Virus record (IMG/VR): IMGVR_UViG_3300020473_000001
Location: 1 to 55,851 of that record
DNA: 55,851 bases
From: a virus
Taxonomy: Duplodnaviria > Caudoviricetes
Direction: 5' to 3' (one strand)
Part shown: piece after piece, positions 1 to 9,998 of the stretch
Layout of the letters: each line of letters starts with the position of its first letter
Numbering within the stretch: position 1 is the first letter of the stretch
The notes under the pieces: model-generated
Told to the model about the DNA's origin: nothing
Databases searched by the model: none
The model's input: the letters and a program-made list of their open reading frames with translations, nothing else
Made by a program: the position numbers and the translations under genes

Positions 1-77
1 CTAAAACTGCGCTCGGGTTGAAGGTGGCGTTGACTGCAACGGCTGGCGCGGCGGTGTACATGATTCGACAAACCGCC
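1..77. repeat. Terminal 77-bp exact duplicate of 55775-55851 (circular assembly overlap)
   Basis: ctaaaactgcgctcggg...gacaaaccgcc is identical at both ends and lies inside the tape-measure ORF, which reads in frame across the junction. Confidence 0.95.
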
Positions 78-2237
78 GCCCAAGAAAAAGAGCTGAAGAA
101 GTTAGCCACCTTAGCCAACAGTACCACGGACGCCTTTGCGGGATTTGCATACGCGACGGATAGTGTGGGAATTAGCGCGGAAAAGCTTGGCGATATCAGT
201 AAGGACGTGCAAGACAAGCTTGGTGACTTTATTGCCACGGGCGGCGGTGAGTTTGCTGACTTTTTCGAGAACGTAGCACCCAAGGTTGGAGTGACTGCGG
301 AAGAGTTAGCTAAACTTAGCGGCCCCGAGGCTTTAATTGCTGTCAAGAAGGCAATGGATAACGCTAACGTAAGCGCCGCAGAGCAGACATTCTACCTTGA
401 AAGTATTGCAAATGATGCGGCCTTACTTACCCCGTTATTAAAGGATAACGGGCAAGCCATGCGTGAGAAGGCTGAGGAAGCCCGCAAACTTGGTATCGTC
501 CTTAATGAAATTGATTCTGAAAGCTTGGTTGAGGCTGGTGTAGCCACACAACAATTCGACAGGGCGCTAGGCGGGTTAACTAAACAGGTTAGCGCCTACC
601 TTGCCCCAGCCTTTACCGCAGCAACTGATACTATTACGGAAGATATTGCTCGTATTAACCAAGCCTTTGCCAGTGGGGAAATTGACTACTATATTTCCGC
701 CATTGGTGCGCAATTCGAAGGCGTTGTTGATGACGTCGATCGAAGCGTTGACATAATTGGTGACATATTGTCGAGTGCTCCAGGTGAGTGGGGTAAATAC
801 TTCGAGTTAGCTACCAACTTCTTTGGTGACGCATTCGAAAATATTATACCCAACATCCGCGCTACGGTTCAGATTATGGCAGTTGAGTGGGCCAGCATTA
901 TTGACTATGCGGACGCCTATGGTTCAGCCTTTGTTGACACTTTTATTGCTTATATTGCCGATCTAATTCCTCGAGCTAAGGTTTACGCGCAAGCATTAGG
1001 TGAAGCGCTTAACCCATTTAGTGACGACACTTTCAACCTTGAGGGTGAGTTGGCTAAATTGGACAGCGAATTCGATAAGACTTATGATAACATCTGGAAG
1101 ACTGCTAAGGATAGCGCCGAGCGTACCAAGCAAGTGCGTCTCGATAGTATTAGTGGAATATTGGATGAGCGTGATGCCACAATACAAGCTAGCGAGGAAA
1201 TGATTCAAGCCGCTGAAAATGTTCGTAAGAAATATGAGGAATCGCGTAGCGCTAGACGCCAGAATGAAGATGAGCCTTCTGGCGCTGTTACAACACCTTT
1301 CGAACCTGAGAGCGGTGGTGATGGGGGTTCAAATAAAGACTTTGAAAATTTAGTTGAGCAATTACGCACCGAAGAAGAGGTTATCAACGAGAGTTACCAA
1401 CGCCGTAAAGAAATTATCCTTGCGAATACTGAAGAAAATAGCCAAGCCCGCCAGGACTTGCTTGACCGTTTAAATGATCAGTACGCGACGGATATCATGG
1501 GGCAGTTTGCAACCCCAACAACGTCTGAGGATGAGCTTACCCGAATTAACGACGATTTCGAAGCCCGCCGTGCTGCAATAATGGAAAATACGGAGCTTAC
1601 TGAAACCCAACGAACTGAGCTAGAGCTTGAACTTACTAAGGCGCGTAACGACAAAATAGAAGCCTTGGAAAACGCAAGAATGCGAATGATGCTTAACGCT
1701 GGTTCACAGGGTTTTGGGGCACTTGCAGACCTTACAAAGCAATTTGTAGGCGAGCAAAGCGGTGCTTACAAAGCACTATTTGCAGCGTCCAAGGCGTTTA
1801 GTGTGGCCGAGGCTGTTATCAACATACAGCAAGGTATTTCAGAGGCTATTAGTTTGGGTTGGCCTGCAATGATTCCGGCGGTTGCTGCTGTAACTGCGCA
1901 GTCTGCGGGGTTAATTAATACCATACAATCGACTAACTATTCGGGTGCTTATGATAATGGGGGTTACATTCCCACAGGCAAGTTCGGTATAGTTGGTGAG
2001 TACGGGCCGGAGTTTGTGGAAGGGCCAGCACAAGTGACTAGCCGCCGTGATACACGCCGCAAAATAGAAGAGGCTGCGGAAGGTGGTGGCGGTGCTAAGC
2101 AACCCACAAATATCCGAATTATTAACACGTTAGACCCAGCGGTAGTTGAGGATTATCTAACAAGTTCAAGCGGGGAAGAAGTTATTATGAACGTAATGTC
2201 AAACAACCGCTCGACGCTTAAACAAATGGTGAGCTAA
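1..2237 (+). CDS. Tail tape measure protein, C-terminal part (true start 55651, about 786 aa in total)
   Basis: Long Ala/Glu-rich helical ORF ending in the GAYDNGGYIP..GIVGEYGPE motif typical of TMP C-termini; follows the tail chaperones; in frame with ATG 55651. Confidence 0.93.
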   Translation, partial: KTALGLKVALTATAGAAVYMIRQTAAQEKELKKLATLANSTTDAFAGFAYATDSVGISAEKLGDISKDVQDKLGDFIATGGGEFADFFENVAPKVGVTAEELAKLSGPEALIAVKKAMDNANVSAAEQTFYLESIANDAALLTPLLKDNGQAMREKAEEARKLGIVLNEIDSESLVEAGVATQQFDRALGGLTKQVSAYLAPAFTAATDTITEDIARINQAFASGEIDYYISAIGAQFEGVVDDVDRSVDIIGDILSSAPGEWGKYFELATNFFGDAFENIIPNIRATVQIMAVEWASIIDYADAYGSAFVDTFIAYIADLIPRAKVYAQALGEALNPFSDDTFNLEGELAKLDSEFDKTYDNIWKTAKDSAERTKQVRLDSISGILDERDATIQASEEMIQAAENVRKKYEESRSARRQNEDEPSGAVTTPFEPESGGDGGSNKDFENLVEQLRTEEEVINESYQRRKEIILANTEENSQARQDLLDRLNDQYATDIMGQFATPTTSEDELTRINDDFEARRAAIMENTELTETQRTELELELTKARNDKIEALENARMRMMLNAGSQGFGALADLTKQFVGEQSGAYKALFAASKAFSVAEAVINIQQGISEAISLGWPAMIPAVAAVTAQSAGLINTIQSTNYSGAYDNGGYIPTGKFGIVGEYGPEFVEGPAQVTSRRDTRRKIEEAAEGGGGAKQPTNIRIINTLDPAVVEDYLTSSSGEEVIMNVMSNNRSTLKQMVS

Positions 2238-3094
2238 TGGCATACACAAACGGCACAGCGACCGATTACCTGGACTTAATGGATAAGTTGCGGGCTTTTG
2301 CTTCCGCTAACGGTTGGACGGTTGAGCGCTGGAATAACCCAGCACCAGCCGACCCAGCTAAGCCAATGGAAGCGGATTACGAATTGTTTCTATACAGTAA
2401 CGGTGATGGAAGTGATAATATTTACTGTAATTTTGGAGCCGATTACAGTAACTCCAGCTATAAATGGTTAATGAGTAATACTCCAAACACAGGGGCGGGA
2501 ACTGTTGATGCGCAACCTTCGGCAAACCCTGAAACCTACGTTTATTTATGGCAGAATTCAATTGACTATTATTTCTTCTGTGACGCCTACCATATCAAAG
2601 GTATCATGCAAGTGTCGGGGACGTCACATTGCTTCTACATGGGTCGTATTAAGCCGTATTGCTCTAAAGGCCATTGGCCTATTCAACTCACTTGTTTTGG
2701 TGAGGGTGTTGACTCAAGTTTAATGTGGAACAGCCAAAGCGCTGGACTTTCGAACATGGCAAGTATTGAAAGGTATTCTACGCCTTCAGAGGTTGGGCAA
2801 TTTTTACGTTTTGCTGACGGGATATGGCACACCCCTTATTTAACATACCCGAACGATATTCTTTTCCGGTCAACTGACATGGTTGCCAGCCCTTCAGGTA
2901 AAGTACCAAGTTTCCCCTATACCTTTTACAATAAAGACTTAGGAATGGTTGGCGAGTTATTTGGAGTTTACGGTATATTTCTTGACGATGTTGGAACCTT
3001 TACTCAGCTTGATATTGATGGAAAAACTTACATTACTTGTCAAAATGTTTACCGTACTGGCCCGAACCATATGATTGCAATGGAGTTAGTTTAA
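2237..3094 (+). CDS. Tail/virion structural protein
   Basis: 285 aa, directly after the TMP; MAYTNGTA..Y.DL..KL..F...NGW N-terminus seen in siphovirus tail proteins; TAATG coupling. Confidence 0.7.
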   Translation: MAYTNGTATDYLDLMDKLRAFASANGWTVERWNNPAPADPAKPMEADYELFLYSNGDGSDNIYCNFGADYSNSSYKWLMSNTPNTGAGTVDAQPSANPETYVYLWQNSIDYYFFCDAYHIKGIMQVSGTSHCFYMGRIKPYCSKGHWPIQLTCFGEGVDSSLMWNSQSAGLSNMASIERYSTPSEVGQFLRFADGIWHTPYLTYPNDILFRSTDMVASPSGKVPSFPYTFYNKDLGMVGELFGVYGIFLDDVGTFTQLDIDGKTYITCQNVYRTGPNHMIAMELV

Positions 3095-3942
3095 TGGCGT
3101 TTGTATACCAGGAATATCCATTGGCGGATATCAACGATCTTACTTCTAAATTTGATACCTTTTTGGCCCGAGCCGATGTTATTAACAACGGCTGGTCGGC
3201 GGAGCCTACAAAGCCAGCTAGAACGGTTGCTTTTACTCACACGGCGGATGACTTAACATGTACGCTTGCCATTAGTAGCGACCGCTTTAGTACGGTAAGA
3301 ATGGGTATTGGATATGACGGTGGAACAAGTTTTACCGGAACCTCCACATTACGCGGGCCATACAGAACAGCTACACATACAAACGCGGGCAACTTGCGAA
3401 TATGTTGTGGTCAAAACTATTTCGTATATGAAATTGAACTTGACACTCGAGTTTATGTTGGAAGTTTAGTTAAGTGTACCCCGTTTGAAGGTGGTGCAGC
3501 AATTTGGCGTTTTGACCCTGGAAACATCAATTACGATTATGGCGGAGCATTCATTTACAATGGTAATTATACTGGTGTATTTTACTTGGCCCTTGATGGC
3601 AGTGGGGCGGGTTCATTCACAAATCTAAACTTTGTGAATTCGGGAAATGAACTTATATCGTTAAGCTCTAGGGTTATACCAAGCGATTTAATTATTTCAG
3701 CAAGCTTGGCAGTATCAAGCACAGTGGTAAGCTTTGGAATAATGTTCAAAAGCTTTGATACTAATAACAACCTCTATTTATCGGACGGGAGCCCGGATTT
3801 CCGCATTGCTTCCCGTGAGTTTGTGAGCCACGGGCAAGATTTAGTTTTCAATGGTGTAACCTATTCAGTGTTCGTTCCAAAGAATGGGCAAAATTCAGGT
3901 GATCGTAACTCACTAGCGATATTGCTAAATAAGGCGGGTTAA
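3094..3942 (+). CDS. Tail/virion structural protein, possibly involved in host recognition
   Basis: ATG at 3094 overlaps the previous stop; N-terminus echoes the previous gene (DL...F..FL....NGW); beta-rich. Confidence 0.6.
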   Translation: MAFVYQEYPLADINDLTSKFDTFLARADVINNGWSAEPTKPARTVAFTHTADDLTCTLAISSDRFSTVRMGIGYDGGTSFTGTSTLRGPYRTATHTNAGNLRICCGQNYFVYEIELDTRVYVGSLVKCTPFEGGAAIWRFDPGNINYDYGGAFIYNGNYTGVFYLALDGSGAGSFTNLNFVNSGNELISLSSRVIPSDLIISASLAVSSTVVSFGIMFKSFDTNNNLYLSDGSPDFRIASREFVSHGQDLVFNGVTYSVFVPKNGQNSGDRNSLAILLNKAG

Positions 3943-5591
3943 TGGCAAATACTCAATCTTATGCTGGGGTACTGACGGAATACGTAATTACCGTTCCAGT
4001 ACCTACTGAACCAATACAACCAGCCCCACACGAAGAAATTAAAATGCCGCTCATGGCTCAATTTAGTGGAAATGCAACTAAGACGAGTCAATATTTAGAC
4101 CAAGCATACGCCGTGGACCCTTTTTGGGATAACCACATGAAAGGTTCGGTTTTTGTTAGCCCGAGTTTGGTTGACTTAGGTAGTGCTCTTGGGACGAGTG
4201 AGCATGTTTTTGAAGTTTGGTTAATGAGCGATACGCCTGAGCAGTTGGTTAGCATTGGCAAGGAAAACGACAAAGGTATGGTGCTTGACGGCCCTGCTCC
4301 TGGTGCTAGCTTGCAGCCTTACGGGGGAAGCTTAACTTACACCTTAAGGGTTGGGCGTTCAACCGATAGAACGATTAACGCTCAATTTAGTTGGTTCTTC
4401 AGCCAAGGTTTTGGCCTCGCGCGGGTGGTGGGTGAGCGCCTTGTAATATGGCCCTTTATAACTCAGGGCGAAATGGGTGACAGCTATGAGTACCTTACGG
4501 ATGTTGTGCAAGCCCAAGGTTTTGAAGAACGTACAGTGTTACGTAAGAACCCCCGCAACGTAATGTCAACAACTTACCATGTTGACGACCAAGAATTTAG
4601 CGCTATGCAAAACGTGCTAGCCAGCTGGACTGACGGTGACTTTGCGGTGGGTTACTGGGAGCAGGGTTCGCTAATTACACGTATTGAACAGGACGCAACG
4701 CTTATTGAGTTCGACACCAGTAATGGTGAATACGAGGTTGACGGTTATGTATTAATATACGAAAGCCCTTTCAAGGCCATTGGTCGCCGTGTGCTCGCCG
4801 TAACGCCGACAGGCATAGAGATCGACGGCGTTGTACCCTACCCTATGGATTACGTAGTTATTGCGCCAGCACGCTTCGCTAGGGCGCTGCAAGGCGCTTC
4901 AATTTCAAACACTGCGTTCGGCGTTAATGTGGTCAATATTGACTGGACAATTAACAACTTTGAAATACCAGCGTTTAACAATTTATATCCTGAATACCAA
5001 GGTGTGCCAGTTATAGACCAACCTAGCGTTATGAGAGGTACTTCGTCTCGTAACAGCTTCAACGTTGGTTATGATGTTGTAGCTAATGGGTTAGGGCCAA
5101 GTACCTATTTCAATGAGTTCGATTACCATAACCACACGCAGACGCTAGCTTGGGAGTTTGACACCTATGAAGATGTTCTGCGCTTGCGGGCGTTCTTTGC
5201 ATATCTCAAAGGTAAAGCTGGGAAAGTTCTTCTGCCAACGCACACGCCTGACCTGGAACTTGTTGTTGGGTACGGGGAAGACGCTTCAAGCACTACTATG
5301 ACGGTTAAAAATGTTAAAGGTATATTAAAGGAAACTCCGTTCAACATATTCATAAAACTTCGAAACGGAGACCACCTGATACACCCTGTTACTGGGGTGC
5401 AAGGGGCTGGTGAAAACGAGGTTTTAATAGTTGACCGTACTAACAATCCTTTGAACTCGCTTGAGCCTGTGGATGTTGCCTATATGTGTTATATTAACCC
5501 TTACAGAAGTGCTAGCGATCGGCTAGAGCTTAGTATGGATGGTAACGGTAACACGAGGGCATCGCTTAATATGAGGTCTACAAATGATTAG
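3942..5591 (+). CDS. Tail protein (distal tail/baseplate-like)
   Basis: 549 aa in the tail module; C-terminal 'LRAFFAYLKGK' and 'RSASDRLEL' resemble distal-tail-like proteins. Confidence 0.7.
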   Translation: MANTQSYAGVLTEYVITVPVPTEPIQPAPHEEIKMPLMAQFSGNATKTSQYLDQAYAVDPFWDNHMKGSVFVSPSLVDLGSALGTSEHVFEVWLMSDTPEQLVSIGKENDKGMVLDGPAPGASLQPYGGSLTYTLRVGRSTDRTINAQFSWFFSQGFGLARVVGERLVIWPFITQGEMGDSYEYLTDVVQAQGFEERTVLRKNPRNVMSTTYHVDDQEFSAMQNVLASWTDGDFAVGYWEQGSLITRIEQDATLIEFDTSNGEYEVDGYVLIYESPFKAIGRRVLAVTPTGIEIDGVVPYPMDYVVIAPARFARALQGASISNTAFGVNVVNIDWTINNFEIPAFNNLYPEYQGVPVIDQPSVMRGTSSRNSFNVGYDVVANGLGPSTYFNEFDYHNHTQTLAWEFDTYEDVLRLRAFFAYLKGKAGKVLLPTHTPDLELVVGYGEDASSTTMTVKNVKGILKETPFNIFIKLRNGDHLIHPVTGVQGAGENEVLIVDRTNNPLNSLEPVDVAYMCYINPYRSASDRLELSMDGNGNTRASLNMRSTND

Positions 5592-6366
5592 GGTGGTAGA
5601 ACTTTACGAATTTGTTCAGGCTGAAAGTGAGACTTTATTCACTTCCTCAGCAGAAAACGTTAGTTACGATGGAAAGGTGTATGCTGCAACCAACATAAAA
5701 AGGTCTGCAACACGACAGGACAACGACATCTTTAAAAATGGCCTTGACTTAACTTTCGACCGTAAAAATACCTACGCACTTGAACTTATGGGGCAGAGCG
5801 TAGACATTCCGATTATTTTAACGGTGCGGGCTGTTGAGTACGATATAGACGACGAAATAGTTAACGACTATATCGTCTGGAAGGGGCGGTTAATTAGTAT
5901 TGAAGGTAAAGAAAATAAAATTGTTGTAATGTGCGAATCGGTCTTCACTTCGCTCAAACGGGCTGGCCTGCGCCCGAGGTATGAAACTTTGTGCCGCCAC
6001 GAGGTTTTTGACGCTGGTTGTAGACTTAACGAGGCCGATTACCTTTACGAAGAAACCATCGTTGAAAAGATTGACAACCATACATTTCGCATAGGTACAA
6101 TTGGCACAGCACCTGACGGATATTACACTGCTGGGCTAATAACTTTTGCCGATGGTAGCACCCGCCTTATCATTAAACAGGTGGGGCGCAAAATTACCAT
6201 CAGTCGGGGTAGTACGGAAGTTAATGTTGGCGAGCCTGTGAAATTACTTCCAGGCTGTGACAAGGCCCGTGAAACATGCAGGGATAAATTCGATAATGTG
6301 GTCAACTTTGGTGGATGGCCTTTTATACCAACTAGAAACCCGTTTACGGGTAATTCAATTGTCTAG
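5584..6366 (+). CDS. Tail tip assembly protein, BR0599/gpL-like with Cys cluster
   Basis: C..(F)D.GC and PGCDK...TC..KFDN.VNFGG.PFIP motifs. Confidence 0.85.
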   Translation: MIRVVELYEFVQAESETLFTSSAENVSYDGKVYAATNIKRSATRQDNDIFKNGLDLTFDRKNTYALELMGQSVDIPIILTVRAVEYDIDDEIVNDYIVWKGRLISIEGKENKIVVMCESVFTSLKRAGLRPRYETLCRHEVFDAGCRLNEADYLYEETIVEKIDNHTFRIGTIGTAPDGYYTAGLITFADGSTRLIIKQVGRKITISRGSTEVNVGEPVKLLPGCDKARETCRDKFDNVVNFGGWPFIPTRNPFTGNSIV

Positions 6367-6375
6367 GAGTTAGAT

Positions 6376-6594
6376 ATGTGGGGATGGGTTGTTGCGGCGG
6401 TTATAGCAATCGTTGCTTATGTTTACACACCTCGACCAAAAACTCAAACGCGCAAGCCAGCGGGCATTAATGAAATCGAAGTTCCCACAGCTGAGCGCGG
6501 GCGAGAAATTGCGGTTGTATTTGGAACGGTTGACATTAAGTCACCGAACGTTGTCTGGTACGGAGATTTACGAGTTGAGCCAATCAGAAAATAA
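6376..6594 (+). CDS. Small tail assembly protein
   Basis: Hydrophobic N-terminus and PTAE.G..I.VVFGT....PNVVWYGD motif; RBS aggag. Confidence 0.75.
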   Translation: MWGWVVAAVIAIVAYVYTPRPKTQTRKPAGINEIEVPTAERGREIAVVFGTVDIKSPNVVWYGDLRVEPIRK

Positions 6595-6787
6595 AGACGG
6601 GGTTATTACAATACCGTTTATAAGAAAAAATAGCTCCTTCTGCATGTCTGGAGTTCGTCGGTTTTGCAAACAGCATAATATTGACTTTACCAAACTACGA
6701 AGTGAAGGCATCCCGGCGAGCGAGCTAAGGGACATTGAAGACCCTTTAATTAAACACCTTCTGGAGAAATTAGATGGGCCGGAGTAA
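6575..6787 (+). CDS. Small tail assembly protein (C..G.R.F...H..D motif)
   Basis: Probable TTG start at 6575 with ggag upstream; fills the gap before the tail tip gene. Confidence 0.6.
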   Translation: MSQSENKDGVITIPFIRKNSSFCMSGVRRFCKQHNIDFTKLRSEGIPASELRDIEDPLIKHLLEKLDGPE

Positions 6788-8981
6788 AAAGAAAAGTACG
6801 GTTGGATATCGTTATTACTTAGGGATGCAGCTTGCACTATGCCACGGCCCTGTAGATGAGGTTACACGATGGCGGGCTGACAAGAAAGTTGTATGGCAGG
6901 GTAACGTGACGAGCAATGATCGGGTGTTCGCCTGGAAAGAAAACCTGTTCGGTGGCGATGACCGTGAAGGCGGCATTTTAGGAAGCTCTGTATTTAACTT
7001 CGGTGACGAAACCCAAACACTTGAGCCATACCTTGAGCAGAACCTTCCTGGTGATACAACTTTAATGCCTGCGTTTAGAGGTGTGTTACAGCACGTTATA
7101 GAGCAATGCTATTTAGGTACTAGCCCATATATTAAGGAGTTCGACTATCGCGTAATTCGAATAATGGAAACTGGTGTTGGGCAGGCTCCAAGATGGACAA
7201 GTAATATTGCTAAAATATTCCGCACTGATGGTGACGGTAGCCCTGATATGAATCCGGCTCACATTGTGGTGGAATTACTAACGAATACTATATGGGGAAT
7301 GGGCTACCCCCTGACTACTTTAGACCTTGCAGGAACCTTTAGCGACACTGCTAGCCAGTTATACAACGAGGAATTCGGGTTGTCTTTTCTTTGGGATAAA
7401 AGTAAAGATATCGAAGAGATTATCGATGACGTGTTGCAGCATATAAACGCGGCACTTTATATAAATCCTAAAACTGGACTCTTTGAACTTAAATTACTTC
7501 GCCGCGATTATAACCCAAACACCATCCCGGTAATTAACGACTCAAACAAAGTTAAAATGCTGAAGTTTAACCGACCTACAGTTGGGGAGCTAACCTCCTC
7601 GGTAACGGTTAAATACTACGACCGAAGTACTTCGGAATCTGATAGCGTTACGGTGCAGGATATAAGTATTAGCCGCCAACAAGGTTCGCCAGTGTCAGTG
7701 ACCTTGCAAATGCCAATGGTTAACGACCGCGCCCTTGCAACGGAAATCGCTAGCCGCGAGCTTAGCGCGTTAAGTTCACCCCTTATTACGGGTAAGATAA
7801 GTATACCTCGCTCTGTTCTGCAAGGAATGAACATAGGGGACGTGTTCAAGCTAAATTACCTTCAGTACGGCGTGGCGAATGTGGTGTGCCGTGTGGTCAA
7901 TATTGATTACGGCACAGCCACTAGCAGAACATGCGTTATTGAGTTTAGCCAAGACCCCTTCGCACAAGACCTTACTGAGTATAGCGCACCGCCTGAGCCC
8001 GATTGGCAACCGCCATCGACCGACCCTCGCGAGTGCCCTGCTAAGTTGGTAATGACTGCAACCTACAGGGACTTGATCCAAATACTAGGCCGCTCTGATG
8101 CCAACTCATTAGAGGACGATTCAGAATTTGTAATTGCTGGCGGGGCTCGGCCTAGCGGGGATAGTTTTGATGTGGCGTACTATGTAGATTTAGGTTCTGG
8201 TTACGAGTATGAAGGTGAATCAGACTTTGTACCTTATGGCACTTTGGCGAACCCGCTACCATTGCCAACAACTGCAACCCCTGTCACTATTCAACTTGCA
8301 ACCTCTGAATCATTGGATCAAGTTGCGGCTGGTACAGTTGCTGATATAGATGGTGAACTTGTGCTTATTAACAGCGTTGACGTTGTTAATAAAACCGTTA
8401 ACGTGCATCGCGGTGCATTAGACACATATCCGAAAGACCACGCTGCGGGCGTTAATATTGTATTCTACGATGAGAACGCTGTGCTAAGTGAGCAAGAATT
8501 GGTGGTTGGCGAAAGTGCTAACGTTAAAATGTTACCCAGCACAATGAGCGGGCGTTTACCACTTGCTGACGACACTGCGGTTTCCCACACAGTTGAGCAA
8601 CGTCACGCACTACCCTACCCAGTTGGGAACATAACATTGAATAATGATGTTAGCCTTAGCGGGAACTTTACAGGGGATATTAATATTGGTTGGGCTCGCC
8701 GTAACAGGCTAAGCCTGGAAGACCAAGTTAGCCATTACTTCATGGGTAATATGGGTATGGAGCCCGATACGGTTGTTAATGTTTACATATACAATGCTGA
8801 CACGAACTCCTTGCTTAAAGAATTTTTAGGCGAAACGGGTTACTTTGTTACGTACACTGAGGCGGATGAAACTGCCGACCACGGTGGGCTAGCAACTAAC
8901 TACCGCATGTTGGTTGAAACTGACCGCTTAGGGGTTAAGGCCCGCGTCAGTAAAACATTCACAGTCACTCGCACTCCGTAA
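6774..8981 (+). CDS. Central tail hub/tip protein (Phage-tail_3-like)
   Basis: 735 aa; GYRYYLGM..ALCHGPVD, PAFRG, DMNPAHI..E.LTN..WG motifs; last gene of the + strand block. Confidence 0.85.
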   Translation: MGRSKKKSTVGYRYYLGMQLALCHGPVDEVTRWRADKKVVWQGNVTSNDRVFAWKENLFGGDDREGGILGSSVFNFGDETQTLEPYLEQNLPGDTTLMPAFRGVLQHVIEQCYLGTSPYIKEFDYRVIRIMETGVGQAPRWTSNIAKIFRTDGDGSPDMNPAHIVVELLTNTIWGMGYPLTTLDLAGTFSDTASQLYNEEFGLSFLWDKSKDIEEIIDDVLQHINAALYINPKTGLFELKLLRRDYNPNTIPVINDSNKVKMLKFNRPTVGELTSSVTVKYYDRSTSESDSVTVQDISISRQQGSPVSVTLQMPMVNDRALATEIASRELSALSSPLITGKISIPRSVLQGMNIGDVFKLNYLQYGVANVVCRVVNIDYGTATSRTCVIEFSQDPFAQDLTEYSAPPEPDWQPPSTDPRECPAKLVMTATYRDLIQILGRSDANSLEDDSEFVIAGGARPSGDSFDVAYYVDLGSGYEYEGESDFVPYGTLANPLPLPTTATPVTIQLATSESLDQVAAGTVADIDGELVLINSVDVVNKTVNVHRGALDTYPKDHAAGVNIVFYDENAVLSEQELVVGESANVKMLPSTMSGRLPLADDTAVSHTVEQRHALPYPVGNITLNNDVSLSGNFTGDINIGWARRNRLSLEDQVSHYFMGNMGMEPDTVVNVYIYNADTNSLLKEFLGETGYFVTYTEADETADHGGLATNYRMLVETDRLGVKARVSKTFTVTRTP

Positions 8982-9165
8982 AGTAAATATCGTTAAAATC
9001 GGGGTGACCTTGTTCACCCCTACTATTCCAGTACAGTTCTACATTGTCACAATATGCCCTGTGCCGAATTTCCAAATCCTCGCTACTTTCTGCGCCACCA
9101 AAAATAAGAATTGTAAGTATAATTACGGTTACGAAACCCGTTTTTAAATTGTCGCTAATACGCAT
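8965..9165 (-). CDS. Small membrane-anchored hypothetical protein
   Basis: N-terminal TM segment, then YC...W...G.PDF...C; RBS aagggg. Confidence 0.65.
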   Translation of the reverse strand: MRISDNLKTGFVTVIILTILIFGGAESSEDLEIRHRAYCDNVELYWNSRGEQGHPDFNDIYFTECE

Positions 9166-9204
9166 TTTAAGCCCCTTAAAAAGTTTTGCGGTATGGTTGG
9201 GTTA

Positions 9205-9243
9205 GGCCGCTTTCGTTAACAGCGTGTACCCCCGAAAGCGGCC
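9205..9243. terminator. Inverted repeat hairpin (ggccgctttcg / cgaaagcggcc)
   Basis: 11-bp perfect inverted repeat between small genes; no clear U-tract. Confidence 0.4.
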
Positions 9244-9250
9244 GAATTTG

Positions 9251-9460
9251 CTAGGTATTAAGTGAAAAGCCTAGGTATTGCATAGCACTGTCGTAGCCAA
9301 TTGCCACAGCATCGTCATTAAGGTCATGCAAGGCTACCACCTCGGCGGGTTCCATCGCCTCGTCATAATCGTCAATAATGTCAACATAGAATTGTGAATC
9401 CTTACCTAGCGCCTTAAGCTTTGAGCGCACTACTGAAAGTTGGTCCTGTACTGTAACCAT
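9251..9460 (-). CDS. Hypothetical acidic protein
   Basis: Likely start MVTVQ after ggagg, coupled to the upstream stop. Confidence 0.6.
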   Translation of the reverse strand: MVTVQDQLSVVRSKLKALGKDSQFYVDIIDDYDEAMEPAEVVALHDLNDDAVAIGYDSAMQYLGFSLNT

Positions 9461-9675
9461 TATAAACCCTCCGCTTGTGCTAGTAGGGCCGCGCATACTG
9501 CGACACGCTCGTAGTCATGCGCCGCTAACGCGTCCTTAAGATCTTCTCGGTACTCTTGGAACGCGTTAGAGCTGAGCTCAGTGTAGGGATTTGAAATCTC
9601 TTTATTAGCCTCTTGCCTAACAGCAATAGTGAAAGTTTCAACCTTGCCGTGCGTTAGTTTTTGAATGTGTGGCAT
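9460..9675 (-). CDS. Hypothetical protein
   Basis: 71 aa ORF with RBS aaggag. Confidence 0.65.
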   Translation of the reverse strand: MPHIQKLTHGKVETFTIAVRQEANKEISNPYTELSSNAFQEYREDLKDALAAHDYERVAVCAALLAQAEGL

Positions 9676-9684
9676 GTTAGCTCC

Positions 9685-9918
9685 TTAGTTAATTTCTAGT
9701 TCGTTTGCGCCAGTAAAACGGGCTTTAAAGGTTTCGGCTTGCGGGTCAAGGCAACCATCGTGGAACTTTACAGTGTAACGGTCGCTACCGCATACGCGCT
9801 TACTTTGCATAGTTACGTACTGGTTGCCGCACTCGTACAGCGCTGTATTGTCGTCGAAGCTGTTTACAAGATTGTAAGTTTGCCCCGTGAATGTAAAGTA
9901 CATTGGAAAGTGTTGCAT
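9685..9918 (-). CDS. Hypothetical protein, first gene after an early-type promoter
   Basis: 77 aa ORF with RBS aagg. Confidence 0.65.
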   Translation of the reverse strand: MQHFPMYFTFTGQTYNLVNSFDDNTALYECGNQYVTMQSKRVCGSDRYTVKFHDGCLDPQAETFKARFTGANELEIN

Positions 9919-9957
9919 GTTGTTGCCTTTTGCCGTGCTTTGTGTCTATGGGTAAGC

Positions 9958-9993
9958 ATATTAAAAAAGGGCTGACTTTAAGTCAACCCCTTT
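9958..9993 (-). promoter_or_regulatory. Sigma70-like promoter TTGACT-17-TAATAT overlapping the polymerase terminator hairpin
   Basis: On the - strand: gggTTGACTtaaagtcagccctttttTAATAT; stem gggttgact/agtcagccc followed by a T-run. Confidence 0.75.
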
Positions 9994-9998
9994 GTGAA

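Noticed and set aside
5584-6366. FAD/FMN-dependent dehydrogenase label often given to this family
   Set aside because: Position and Cys motifs fit a tail tip assembly protein
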